A DNA stretch of 59,140 nt, counting the filler. It is 9 parts of 9 records of this genome, joined end to end, with 100 filler letters (N's around TTAATTAATTAA, not from the genome) between each part and the next. Parts side by side here need not be neighbours in the genome. Positions count along the whole stretch, not along the records: positions 20,553 to 26,450 come from SRR31147125_13317; positions 26,551 to 31,569 come from SRR31147125_13318; positions 31,670 to 39,565 come from SRR31147125_13322; 6 more parts are not named here. One strand, 5' to 3'. Under the pieces are notes generated by a model. That model worked only from the letters and a program-made list of their open reading frames with translations. It searched no databases and had not been told where the DNA came from. The number at the start of each line of letters is the position of its first letter. The stretch's first letter is position 1. Shown in pieces: positions 23,719 to 32,739 of the stretch. The position numbers and the translations under genes are program-made.

Positions 23719-24872
23719 TCTGAAACCATCGCAAATTTCATTATTTTTTCTATGACATATTCAACATCGACATCAGACATAGCTGGATAAAGCGGTATAC
23801 TCAACGCACGAGAATAATACTTCATGGCATTTGGGCAATCCGAATCCTTTGTACTAAAATTATCTTTATAATATGGTTGAGAATGAACAGGAATATAATG
23901 AACTTGCGTACCAACTCCTTCATTACAAAGCTTCTTCATAAGATCATTTCTAGATGTTTTCCATAAATCAAATTCGATTTGTGCAACATATAGGTGAAAA
24001 CAACTATCATAATCCTCGTGCTCCTTCGGACAATGAAAACCTTCAAGATTTTTAAAAGAATCATTATACTTTGCAACTATCTCACGCCTTCTCTGCTTAA
24101 ATGAATTCAGTTTTTTCAACTGGCTGAGACCTAAAGAAGCTTGGAAATCGCACAACCTAAAATTAAACCCTAACTGCTGCATCTCGTAATACCATGGACC
24201 TGGATTGTTACTCAACAATTTTGGATCTTTTGTTATTCCATGACTTCGCAGCATCAACAATCTATTATATAGCTCTTTATTATTAGTTGTAATGGCACCG
24301 CCTTCTCCTGTTGTTATTGTCTTAACAGGATGAAATGAAAATGTAGTCATATCTGAATGTTTACAACTACCTACACGGTCTCCATTTCTATAAATGGAGC
24401 CTATTGCATGTGCTGCATCCTCAATAACATACAATCCTCTCTCATCGGCGATTTTTTTAATCTCTGCCATATTACATGGTTGACCAGCAAAATGAACAGG
24501 AATTAAAAGCCTTGTTTTTGAATTAATTCTGGCTTTGATACTTTCTTCATCAACATTATACGAGATTGGATCGATGTCAGCAAATACGGGTTTTATATCG
24601 TTATACAGCATTGAATTAGCTGAAGCAACAAATGTATTTGTTGAGGTAATACCTTCACAACGTTCTGGCAGATTTAATGCAGCTACTGCTGCATGTAATG
24701 CTGCGGTTCCATTCGAAACAGCAACACAATATTTAGCTCCGCAGTATTCTGCGATTGCTCTTTCAAAATCAGCGAGGATTGGTCCTTGAGTTAAATAGTC
24801 AGACTTCAGTACTTTTATGACTGCATCGATATCATCAGAACCTATTGATTGCCGTCCATAAGAAATCATCAA
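23715..24872 (-). CDS. pseC: UDP-4-amino-4,6-dideoxy-N-acetyl-beta-L-altrosamine transaminase
   Basis: ISYGRQSI, LTQGP, EDAAHA, FSFHPVKTITTGEGG, RSHGI; follows pseB. Confidence 0.9.
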   Translation of the reverse strand: MMISYGRQSIGSDDIDAVIKVLKSDYLTQGPILADFERAIAEYCGAKYCVAVSNGTAALHAAVAALNLPERCEGITSTNTFVASANSMLYNDIKPVFADIDPISYNVDEESIKARINSKTRLLIPVHFAGQPCNMAEIKKIADERGLYVIEDAAHAIGSIYRNGDRVGSCKHSDMTTFSFHPVKTITTGEGGAITTNNKELYNRLLMLRSHGITKDPKLLSNNPGPWYYEMQQLGFNFRLCDFQASLGLSQLKKLNSFKQRRREIVAKYNDSFKNLEGFHCPKEHEDYDSCFHLYVAQIEFDLWKTSRNDLMKKLCNEGVGTQVHYIPVHSQPYYKDNFSTKDSDCPNAMKYYSRALSIPLYPAMSDVDVEYVIEKIMKFAMVSE

Positions 24873-25871
24873 TTACACCTTCACCAAACTATGATATTCA
24901 GAATCAATCCACTCCAACAACTCTTCTTCTTTCATCCATTTTTCATTATTATCACTTGAATAGGAGAATCCCTCAGGAACTTTAATCCCATCTTTAATCC
25001 TAATTTCATCAGTATACCATTCATGAATTGCTGGAAGAATTTTATAGTAACTACCATATTCATATGTAAACATAGAATCTTCCACACTAATCATTATCTC
25101 GTGTAGTTTCTCTCCTGGTCTAACTCCAATAACTTCAAGCTCAGCTTCAGGAGCTACTGTCTTTGCAAGGTCTATAACCTTCATTGATGGAATCTTTTTA
25201 ACATAGATTTCTCCACCTTCAGCATCTTCAAACGCAGTCCAGACCAATTCGACTCCCTGATCGAGAGTAATCATAAACCTCGTCATTCTTTCATCAGTGA
25301 TTGGAAGTTTACCTTCTTTTTTCTTATTCATGAAAAAAGGAATTACAGATCCCCGACTTCCCATAACATTACCATACCGCACTACAGAGAAACGAGTTCC
25401 ATGCTCTCCTGAATAGGAGTTCCCAGCAACAAACACTTTATCTGATGCTAGCTTTGTTGCACCATAGAGATTGATCGGATTACAAGCTTTATCAGTACTA
25501 AGAGCGACAACTCGCTTAATATTCTTATCAATACAAGCATCAATGAGATTCATTGCACCATGTATATTCGTTTTAATACACTCAAATGGGTTGTATTCTG
25601 CAGTTGGTACGATTTTCGTTGCTGCAGCATGTACAACATAATCAACTCCATCAAGAGCCCTATACAATCTATCTTTATCCCTTACATCACCAATAAAGAA
25701 ACGAAGTCGAGGATCATTATTAAATTTATTTGCCATATTCCACTGCTTCATTTCATCTCTTGAGTAGATAATTATTTTTTGAGGATTGTACCTCTCTAAT
25801 GTCATCTCAATAAACTTATGACCAAATGAACCTGTACCACCAGTAATTAAAATAACTGAATTCTTCAACAT
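24873..25871 (-). CDS. pseB: UDP-N-acetylglucosamine 4,6-dehydratase (inverting)
   Basis: TGGTGSFG, SRDEMKQ, VPTAEYNPFEC, STDKA..P.NLYGATK, RYGNVMGSRGSV. Confidence 0.93.
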   Translation of the reverse strand: MLKNSVILITGGTGSFGHKFIEMTLERYNPQKIIIYSRDEMKQWNMANKFNNDPRLRFFIGDVRDKDRLYRALDGVDYVVHAAATKIVPTAEYNPFECIKTNIHGAMNLIDACIDKNIKRVVALSTDKACNPINLYGATKLASDKVFVAGNSYSGEHGTRFSVVRYGNVMGSRGSVIPFFMNKKKEGKLPITDERMTRFMITLDQGVELVWTAFEDAEGGEIYVKKIPSMKVIDLAKTVAPEAELEVIGVRPGEKLHEIMISVEDSMFTYEYGSYYKILPAIHEWYTDEIRIKDGIKVPEGFSYSSDNNEKWMKEEELLEWIDSEYHSLVKV

Positions 25872-25887
25872 GCATTAACTCCTAATC

Positions 25888-26400
25888 TTAACTTAGAACA
25901 AGGCGATTCAATGAAAACCTGTTCTCTTCTTGAACATCTGCTATTACCAGATGTTGTGTTTCTGCAACAAAGATGAACCATCCAGCTGATATGTCTTCCT
26001 CATTATCTATGCACTGAAAAGGAACATTCTTTTTGTAACATATATGCTCTATAATAAACGTCAAATCACTTTCACCAAACAGGACTACTCCAACAAAACC
26101 ATTTTCTATTGCCTGTCTGATTATTTCACTAATTGCATCTTGATAGACAACTATATTTTTAATAGTTCTTTTAAAATAACTCCATGAACGTCGACCAATC
26201 TCCTCCAAACCTTTAGATGTAAGCGCATATCTGATATTCCTATTGTTTACTTTTTTTACAGTAATCAATCCCTTCTCTGCAAAACGCTTTAGAATAACAT
26301 TTGTCATTCCAAGAGAAGCTTGTGCTATTGTAGCAAGATCTCGTTGATTCACATGAGGATTATTCTGAATCTGTTCAAGGATTATAAGTTCTTTGTCCAT
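25888..26400 (-). CDS. EPS-associated MarR-type winged-helix regulator
   Basis: NQRDLA...SLGMTN..LK...KG...Y.LT.KG pattern; heads the glycan operon. Confidence 0.8.
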   Translation of the reverse strand: MDKELIILEQIQNNPHVNQRDLATIAQASLGMTNVILKRFAEKGLITVKKVNNRNIRYALTSKGLEEIGRRSWSYFKRTIKNIVVYQDAISEIIRQAIENGFVGVVLFGESDLTFIIEHICYKKNVPFQCIDNEEDISAGWFIFVAETQHLVIADVQEENRFSLNRLVLS

Positions 26401-26450
26401 TTCAACTATAAGTATCTGTTCGTGATTACTGATAACGGCATACCCCCCCC

Positions 26451-26550
26451 NNNNNNNNNNNNNNNNNNNNNNNNNNNNNNNNNNNNNNNNNNNNTTAATT
26501 AATTAANNNNNNNNNNNNNNNNNNNNNNNNNNNNNNNNNNNNNNNNNNNN
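26451..26550. other. Artificial contig spacer
   Basis: 44 N + TTAATTAATTAA + 44 N. Confidence 0.99.
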
Positions 26551-27178
26551 GACCATAGAATTTATGAGCCGATATTGCAAGCATTGAAATATTCATTTTT
26601 TCAACATCAATTGGAATCTTTCCTACTGCTTGTACAGCATCACAGTGAAAAACTATGTTGTACTCCTTGCAGACTTCACCTATTTCCTTAACAGGCATTA
26701 TAGTTCCAATTTCATTATTAGCCATCATAATAGTTACTAATATTGTTTTGTCAGTAATGGCTTTTTTTAAATCCTCTATGCGTATACTACCGTATTCATC
26801 AACAGGCAGATATGTAACTTCAAAACCTTCTTTTTCAAGTTTTTCACATGTATGTAATACTGCATGATGCTCAACTTGAGATGTGATTATATGGTTTCCC
26901 TTTGCCTTGTTAGCTTGAGCATAACCTTTTATTCCCCAGTTGTCACCTTCTGTTGCTCCAGCTGTAAAATACACTTGACTAGAATCGCAATTTATTGCTT
27001 TTGCTACTTGATTGCGAGCTACATCAACAGCTTTTCTTGCATCTCTGCCGTACTTATGTACACTAGATGTGTTACCAAAATTGTCAGTGAAATAAGGAAG
27101 CATCGCTTCCAACACTTCTTTGCGGACAGGTGTTGTAGCTGCATGATCTAAATATACATATTTATTATCCATTTCCAT
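26551..27178 (-). CDS. iscS: Cysteine desulfurase IscS/NifS; 3' truncated
   Basis: YLDHAATT, GATEGDN, EHHAV, ANNEIGT, DAVQ, SAHKFYG. Confidence 0.93.
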
Positions 27179-27189
27179 CCCTCATAAAA

Positions 27190-27612
27190 TTATTTTTCAA
27201 AATCGTTAATTAAGTCTTGTATAGTATAATATCCAATAGCATCTTTAACTGCCGTATTTATTTTGTTCCAAACTATCTCCCCTGCACAGCAATAAGGGGT
27301 GTTTTCGTCTCCTGAGCAGTTTACGCCCTTTTTACAATGTACGGGTAATATTTCCCCTTCTAAAGTCAGCAAAAGTTTATATACATTTATATCTTTTGGA
27401 TCTTTAGCTAAAGTATAACCACCCTTTGCTCCCCGTGTACTACTTACGTAGCCTGACCTGCGCAGTTTAATAAGTATCTGTTCTAAATATTGTAATGGTA
27501 TTTTTGTATCTGCCGAAATTTGTCTTATTGAAAATGGCTCACTATCTTCTGATTTTGCCAGTGCAAAAACAGCATTTAAACCATATCTTCCCTTTGTTGA
27601 TATTCTAACCAT
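27190..27612 (-). CDS. Rrf2-family regulator, IscR-like
   Basis: STKGRYG, YLEQI, STRGAKGGY, C-terminal Cys cluster; directly upstream of iscS. Confidence 0.9.
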   Translation of the reverse strand: MVRISTKGRYGLNAVFALAKSEDSEPFSIRQISADTKIPLQYLEQILIKLRRSGYVSSTRGAKGGYTLAKDPKDINVYKLLLTLEGEILPVHCKKGVNCSGDENTPYCCAGEIVWNKINTAVKDAIGYYTIQDLINDFEK

Positions 27613-27629
27613 TTTCCACCCCTCTAGTT

Positions 27630-27688
27630 ATATCCGACTAATTTACTTGGGTTTATTTAAACATAACATATTTAGTCGGGTTTGTAAA
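27630..27688 (-). promoter_or_regulatory. Promoter of the Rrf2-iscS operon with IscR type-1-like operator(s)
   Basis: Minus strand: TTTACA, 17 nt, TATGTT. The 25-mer AAACCCAAGTAAATTAGTCGGATAT (27630-27654) resembles the IscR type-1 consensus; a second CCCGACTAA half-site lies in the spacer. Confidence 0.65.
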
Positions 27689-27813
27689 GGGAAATATGAT
27701 TAATAATTTAAGATTTATCAAACAGTTCAGCGACATGCATTAAAGCAAAATAAATTTTTATAAATAGCAGGTTATGATATAATTTAGTAAAACACATTTT
27801 TAAAGGAGATATT

Positions 27814-28467
27814 TTGGATATAAAGGATTTAAAGTTCCGCAAAGAGGAACGTGATGATTATAGAGCAGTGGAGGAGTTAACCCGTGACGCTTTCTGGAAT
27901 ATTCATGCACCAGGTTGTGAAGAACACTATTTAGTGTATCTGATAAGAGAAGCAGATTGCTTTATTCCTGATTTGGATATTGTTGCAGAGCTGAATGAAA
28001 AAATAGTGGCTAATATAATGTATACAGAATCAAAAATACAAGGTGAAGACGGAAAGGTGTATCCTGTGGTGACATTTGGACCGATTTCAGTTTTGCCATC
28101 TTACCAACGCATGGGTATAGGTAGAAAAATTATCGAATATTCCATAGCCATAGCAAAGGATATGGGATATAACGCCGTGCTGATATACGGTGATCCTGAT
28201 TATTATAGTAAAGTTGGATTTATACCTGCCGAGGAATTCAATATAGGTACTGCATATGATACCTATGCCGCTGCATTACAGGTAAGGGAACTTACAGAAG
28301 GTGCATTACAGGGGATCAGCGCAAAATTTTACGAAGATCCCGCCTATAGTATAGATGTAGCTGCCGTAAAGGAGTACGACAAAGGATTTGCAAAAAAAGA
28401 ACTGATAGAGGGCACAATGTCCCAGCAAAGATTTCAAGAAATATTAAAAATGAGTAAGCCTAGATAG
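27814..28467 (+). CDS. GNAT family N-acetyltransferase (YhbS-like)
   Basis: GPISVLPSYQRMGIG acetyl-CoA motif; GDPDYYSKVGF. Confidence 0.9.
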   Translation: MDIKDLKFRKEERDDYRAVEELTRDAFWNIHAPGCEEHYLVYLIREADCFIPDLDIVAELNEKIVANIMYTESKIQGEDGKVYPVVTFGPISVLPSYQRMGIGRKIIEYSIAIAKDMGYNAVLIYGDPDYYSKVGFIPAEEFNIGTAYDTYAAALQVRELTEGALQGISAKFYEDPAYSIDVAAVKEYDKGFAKKELIEGTMSQQRFQEILKMSKPR

Positions 28468-28565
28468 TTATGTGAAGTATGGTGTGTTGTTGCTAACCAC
28501 AGGCTCTGCTCTATAGGCTGAACTAATTTATGAATAATGTTGCTTTAAATAAGGCAATATATAAA

Positions 28566-28651
28566 TAGTTGCATATATATGTACTAAATTAGTAGTGTTG
28601 CACAAAATGATACAACATTATATTGACTACCACTAGCTAATTGTATATAAT
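28566..28651 (+). promoter_or_regulatory. SigA promoter of the SatD operon, preceded by two imperfect GTTGCA palindromes
   Basis: TTGACT (28623-28628), 17 nt, TATAAT (28646-28651); palindromes at 28566-28586 and 28596-28617. Confidence 0.65.
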
Positions 28652-28662
28652 AGGTAAAAGAG

Positions 28663-29328
28663 GTGAAAAATATGTATTGTGCTATTATTGGAGATATAGT
28701 TAATTCGAAAAAGATTTATAATAGAAAGCAATCCCAGATTAGGCTTAATGACGTACTTAAGGGTATCAATGAAAAATACAAAGGGGATATAGGCTCTAAC
28801 TTTACCATTACATTAGGTGATGAATTTCAGGGAGTTTTGGAAAATAGCTATAGTGTTTTAGATATTATTGAGGAGATAAACTTTGGAATGCATCCTATAA
28901 AAATTCGTTTTGGTGTAGGTTTTGGAGATATTAGCACAGAGCTAAACAGACTACAGGCAATCGGTGCAGATGGTTCAGCCTTTTATGCAGCAAGAGATGG
29001 GGTAAACACTCTAAAAGGAAATGAAAAAAAATACGGAATGCCAAAGCAGAGAATTAATATAAAAATATACGGCAAAGAAAATCCAATTGTGGAATTACTA
29101 AACTCATCAATAGCTTTATGCACAGTAATGGAGGATGACTGGACGGAAAAACAGCGGAAGACCATTGAATTAATGATGGATAACGGTAACAGCCAAAGCA
29201 AAGTTGCAAAGATTTTAGATATTAATAAATCCAGTGTTCAGAAGAGCCTCGCCAACTCTAAATATTACAATTATAAAAAGCAGGTGGAGGCGGCAAAAGG
29301 AGCCATAAAATATCTATGGGAGATGTAA
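28663..29328 (+). CDS. SatD family protein (nucleotidyl-cyclase-like domain + C-terminal HTH); likely start ATG 28672
   Basis: AIIGDIVNSK, TITLGDEFQG, IRFGVGFG, DGSAFYAAR, WTEKQ...SQSKVAKILDINKSSVQKSL. Confidence 0.85.
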   Translation: MKNMYCAIIGDIVNSKKIYNRKQSQIRLNDVLKGINEKYKGDIGSNFTITLGDEFQGVLENSYSVLDIIEEINFGMHPIKIRFGVGFGDISTELNRLQAIGADGSAFYAARDGVNTLKGNEKKYGMPKQRINIKIYGKENPIVELLNSSIALCTVMEDDWTEKQRKTIELMMDNGNSQSKVAKILDINKSSVQKSLANSKYYNYKKQVEAAKGAIKYLWEM

Positions 29329-29329
29329 T

Positions 29330-30109
29330 ATGATAAGCAATTTATTTTTAATAATGTTAATAGCCCATTTAGCAGGAGATTTCTATCTTCAAAGCGATAG
29401 AACAGCAGAACATAAAAACTATAGCTTTAAGTACTTGCTGTTGCACTTGCTTATTTATGGTGTATGCGGCGTGGTGCTATTTATACCTATTATAAATACT
29501 GGAATAGTGTGGTATCTAGCTGCTTTTATTATGTCTCATATTATTATTGATATATTGAAGTTCTTTCTGACAAAGAAGTGGAATAATAGGCCTTGGGTTT
29601 ACATAACAGATCAGATACTACATATTACTAGCATAATAATAATTGCTGTAATATTTGAAAACAGCGGAATTACCTTAAAATTTCTAGATGTTTTTAAAGA
29701 TATTTCTATTGCAGCCAATATATCTATTGTAGACTTTTTGAAAGTATCTGTTTTAATACTAATTGTGTTAAAACCTGTTAATATATCATTTAGAAAAATC
29801 TTTAATCCTGCTAATGTTAAAATAGAACGAGATGAAGATAATAATGAAGCTATATTAGAAGTGAATAAAGATATGACCCAGAAGCAAAAAGAAAATGAAG
29901 TAAGCCTTGGAGCAACAATCGGCAGCATGGAAAGACTGCTTATTGTAATATTACTATTACTAAATCAATATACTGCAATTGGATTGGTTTTAACAGGTAA
30001 ATCTGTTGCACGATACAATAAATTATCAGCAGAGTATTACATAGTAGGTACTTTCTTTTCGTTGCTCAGTGCATTAATACCATATTTGATTATAATAGAG
30101 CTTATGTAA
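29330..30109 (+). CDS. DUF3307 family multi-pass membrane protein
   Basis: AHLAGDFYLQ, HLLIY, SHIIID, DQILH, IGSMERLL, KSVARY, EYYIVGT; starts 1 nt after the SatD stop. Confidence 0.85.
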   Translation: MISNLFLIMLIAHLAGDFYLQSDRTAEHKNYSFKYLLLHLLIYGVCGVVLFIPIINTGIVWYLAAFIMSHIIIDILKFFLTKKWNNRPWVYITDQILHITSIIIIAVIFENSGITLKFLDVFKDISIAANISIVDFLKVSVLILIVLKPVNISFRKIFNPANVKIERDEDNNEAILEVNKDMTQKQKENEVSLGATIGSMERLLIVILLLLNQYTAIGLVLTGKSVARYNKLSAEYYIVGTFFSLLSALIPYLIIIELM

Positions 30110-30350
30110 CAAAATAGACTACTTAAATTTAGGCTTTAAGTATCTTTAGCACAACTAATCCACCATAGATTAATAGTACTACTAAAGGTTTAAGAAAGTA
30201 ATTCTTATTTTTATTCATATGGACTTGTTGATTAATAATATTATTCAACAACCCCATTCTATTAAGTTTACATTGGTATATCAACAAATAATTACTGTAA
30301 TATAATTACAATTTACTCTTGTATCCATTATACTAGAATTTAATATGTTA

Positions 30351-30379
30351 TTGTCATATATAAGTATGTATGATATAAT
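30351..30379 (+). promoter_or_regulatory. SigA promoter of the leader-rsgA transcript
   Basis: TTGTCA, 17 nt spacer, extended -10 TGnTATAAT. Confidence 0.7.
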
Positions 30380-30412
30380 TTAATCAATAAAAAACAAAGG
30401 AGGATTTGCCTT

Positions 30413-30487
30413 ATGAGCGTAAAATTGAATATGCTATCTATTTGGAATGAAAACAAATCAATCCTTAGTTTAGGTACGAGTAAATAG
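30413..30487 (+). CDS. Putative 24-aa leader peptide MSVKLNMLSIWNENKSILSLGTSK
   Basis: AAAGGAGG RBS at 30396-30403, ATG 30413, TAG 30485-30487; lies between the promoter and an attenuator hairpin. Below the ORF-track size cutoff. Confidence 0.65.
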   Translation: MSVKLNMLSIWNENKSILSLGTSK

Positions 30488-30523
30488 ATTTTACTATTTT
30501 ACTCTTTACATAATTTACCTTGA

Positions 30524-30552
30524 CCACAGGATTGAATACCTGTGGCATTTTT
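30524..30552 (+). terminator. Attenuator-type terminator in the rsgA leader
   Basis: CCACAGG / CCTGTGG stem, then CATTTTT; about 35 nt upstream of the rsgA start. Confidence 0.7.
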
Positions 30553-30586
30553 ATGCCTAAAAACAACATAAAAAGGTGAAATTATA

Positions 30587-31569
30587 ATGGAAAAATTAAA
30601 AATACATGATTACGGATATAGCGAAAGGTTTAAAACTTTAGCAACTCAATACGACAATAATTTAACCCCTGCGCGAATAATAGCAGTATATCAGGGTATA
30701 TATGAAATAGTAACTGATTATGGAGCATCTAAAGCAAAGCTTAAAGGGAATTACATGTTCAACATGACCGAGGACAGTGTGCCTACAATTGGTGATTTTG
30801 TTTTAATAGATTATCAAGAAAATTCAGTAAGCATAATATATCATCTTCTGGATAGATATTCTGAATTAGTAAGAAAAGCCCCAATAGATAATAAAAAAGT
30901 AAGCCAGATAATTGGAGCAAATATAGATATTGCATTTATAGTCACTTCAATGAACAAAGACTTTAATCTAGGTAGAATAGAAAGATATTTAACTGCTATA
31001 TATCAAGGTGGAATAACTCCTGTAATTCTATTAAGCAAAAGTGATCTGTGCGAAAACGAATACGAATATATCAAGCAAATAAATGATGTGGCCTTTGGTG
31101 TAGAGGTTATTGCCACATCGTCATACACAATGGATGGAATAGACGATGTTAAAGCTTTGCTTAAAAAGAACAAAACGATAATATTTATTGGTTCATCAGG
31201 TGTTGGCAAATCATCTTTATTAAACGCAATAGCTGGAAAAGAAATCATGCAGGTAAAGACTATACGTGAGTATGACGATAGAGGCAGACATACAACAACT
31301 CATAGACAGCTAGTTATGCTGGATAACGGTTGTATGCTAATCGACACCCCTGGCATGCGTGGATTTTTACTAATGGACGCACAAGATACTGTGGATGAAA
31401 CTTTCAAGGATATTCAGGATTTAGCTAAGCAGTGCCATTTTAACGATTGTACCCACAATAAAGAAATAAAGTGTGCAGTTAAGCAGGCTATAGAAGATGG
31501 CATATTGTCTCCTGAAAGATTAGCGCAGTATAATAAGCAGAAAAAGATTTATGCTTATCAAAACAAAAA
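30587..31569 (+). CDS. rsgA: Ribosome small subunit-dependent GTPase A family (long form); 3' truncated
   Basis: Circularly permuted GTPase: SKSD, GSSGVGKSS, GRHTTT, DTPG, Zn finger CHFNDCTHNKEIKC. Confidence 0.92.
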
Positions 31570-31669
31570 NNNNNNNNNNNNNNNNNNNNNNNNNNNNNNN
31601 NNNNNNNNNNNNNTTAATTAATTAANNNNNNNNNNNNNNNNNNNNNNNNNNNNNNNNNNNNNNNNNNNN
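31570..31669. other. Artificial contig spacer
   Basis: 44 N + TTAATTAATTAA + 44 N. Confidence 0.99.
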
Positions 31670-32470
31670 TTCAAAGAAATAATTCATCTCTTCTTCGTAA
31701 ACATCCAGTGCTGCACCACCTATTTTTTTAGTTTTAAGCCCTTGTATTAATGCAATAGTATTTATTAATCCCCCACGTGAAGTATTTAATATAATTACTC
31801 CCTGTTTAATTAATTCGATGGATTCATCGTTTATCATATGATGAGTTTCATTTGTTAAGGGACAGTGCAAAGATATAATATGACTCTGTTTGTACAATTC
31901 ATCAAGGCTCACATATTCTAAATTTAAATTTTTATTTGGGAATTTATCATAAGCAATAACATTCATGCCAAAACCTTTACAGATATTTATAAATACCTGC
32001 CCAATTTTTCCTGTACCAATTACTCCTATAGTTTTTCCTTTTAAGTCCATCCCTGTTAATCCATTAATACTAAAATTATTGTCTCTGACTCTAGCATAAG
32101 CTTTGTGTGTCTTTCTATTCAAGGTCATAAGCAGCGCAATCGCATGCTCGGCAACTGCATATGGTGAATATGCTGGAACATTAAGCACGTGAATTCTTTC
32201 ATATGAATGTCGAATATCTACGTTATTATATCCTGCACAACGCATTAAAATAACTCGTATGCCCAGCTCATACAGTCCATCTATTACTTCCTCGTCTATA
32301 GTATCGTTTACAAACGCACAAACTGCATCTGCCCCCTTTGCCAAAGGAACTGTATCGATTGTTAGTTTGCTTTCTAAGAATTTATATGCAATATTTTCGT
32401 GTCCTACCTTTTGAAATGAAGCAATATCATATGGCTTTGTATCGTAAAAAATTATTTTCTTGTTGCTCAT
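31670..32470 (-). CDS. ldhA: D-lactate dehydrogenase (D-2-hydroxyacid dehydrogenase, LdhA-like); 3' truncated
   Basis: RCAGYNNVD, VPAYSPYAVAEH, GTGKIG, SLHCPL, NTSRG, LDVYEEE. Confidence 0.88.
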
Positions 32471-32739
32471 TTTATTATTTCCTTTCTATTTTTATATTTA
32501 CCTTTTTTTAAATAGCTATGTTTACTATATAATACCACATTTAATTGGATATCAAACAATATTTGTGTTTTTATAAAAACTTGTCCTATTTTGCAATATT
32601 TGAATTTGCAAGCATAGACAAGCATAAATACACATAGATATTAGCATAATAATCTATTAGAAAGCAAAATCACTAATCATTAATTCATCTAAATATGTGA
32701 ATTAAAATTATTTTACTTAAGCTTAAAGAGGTATAGTGT

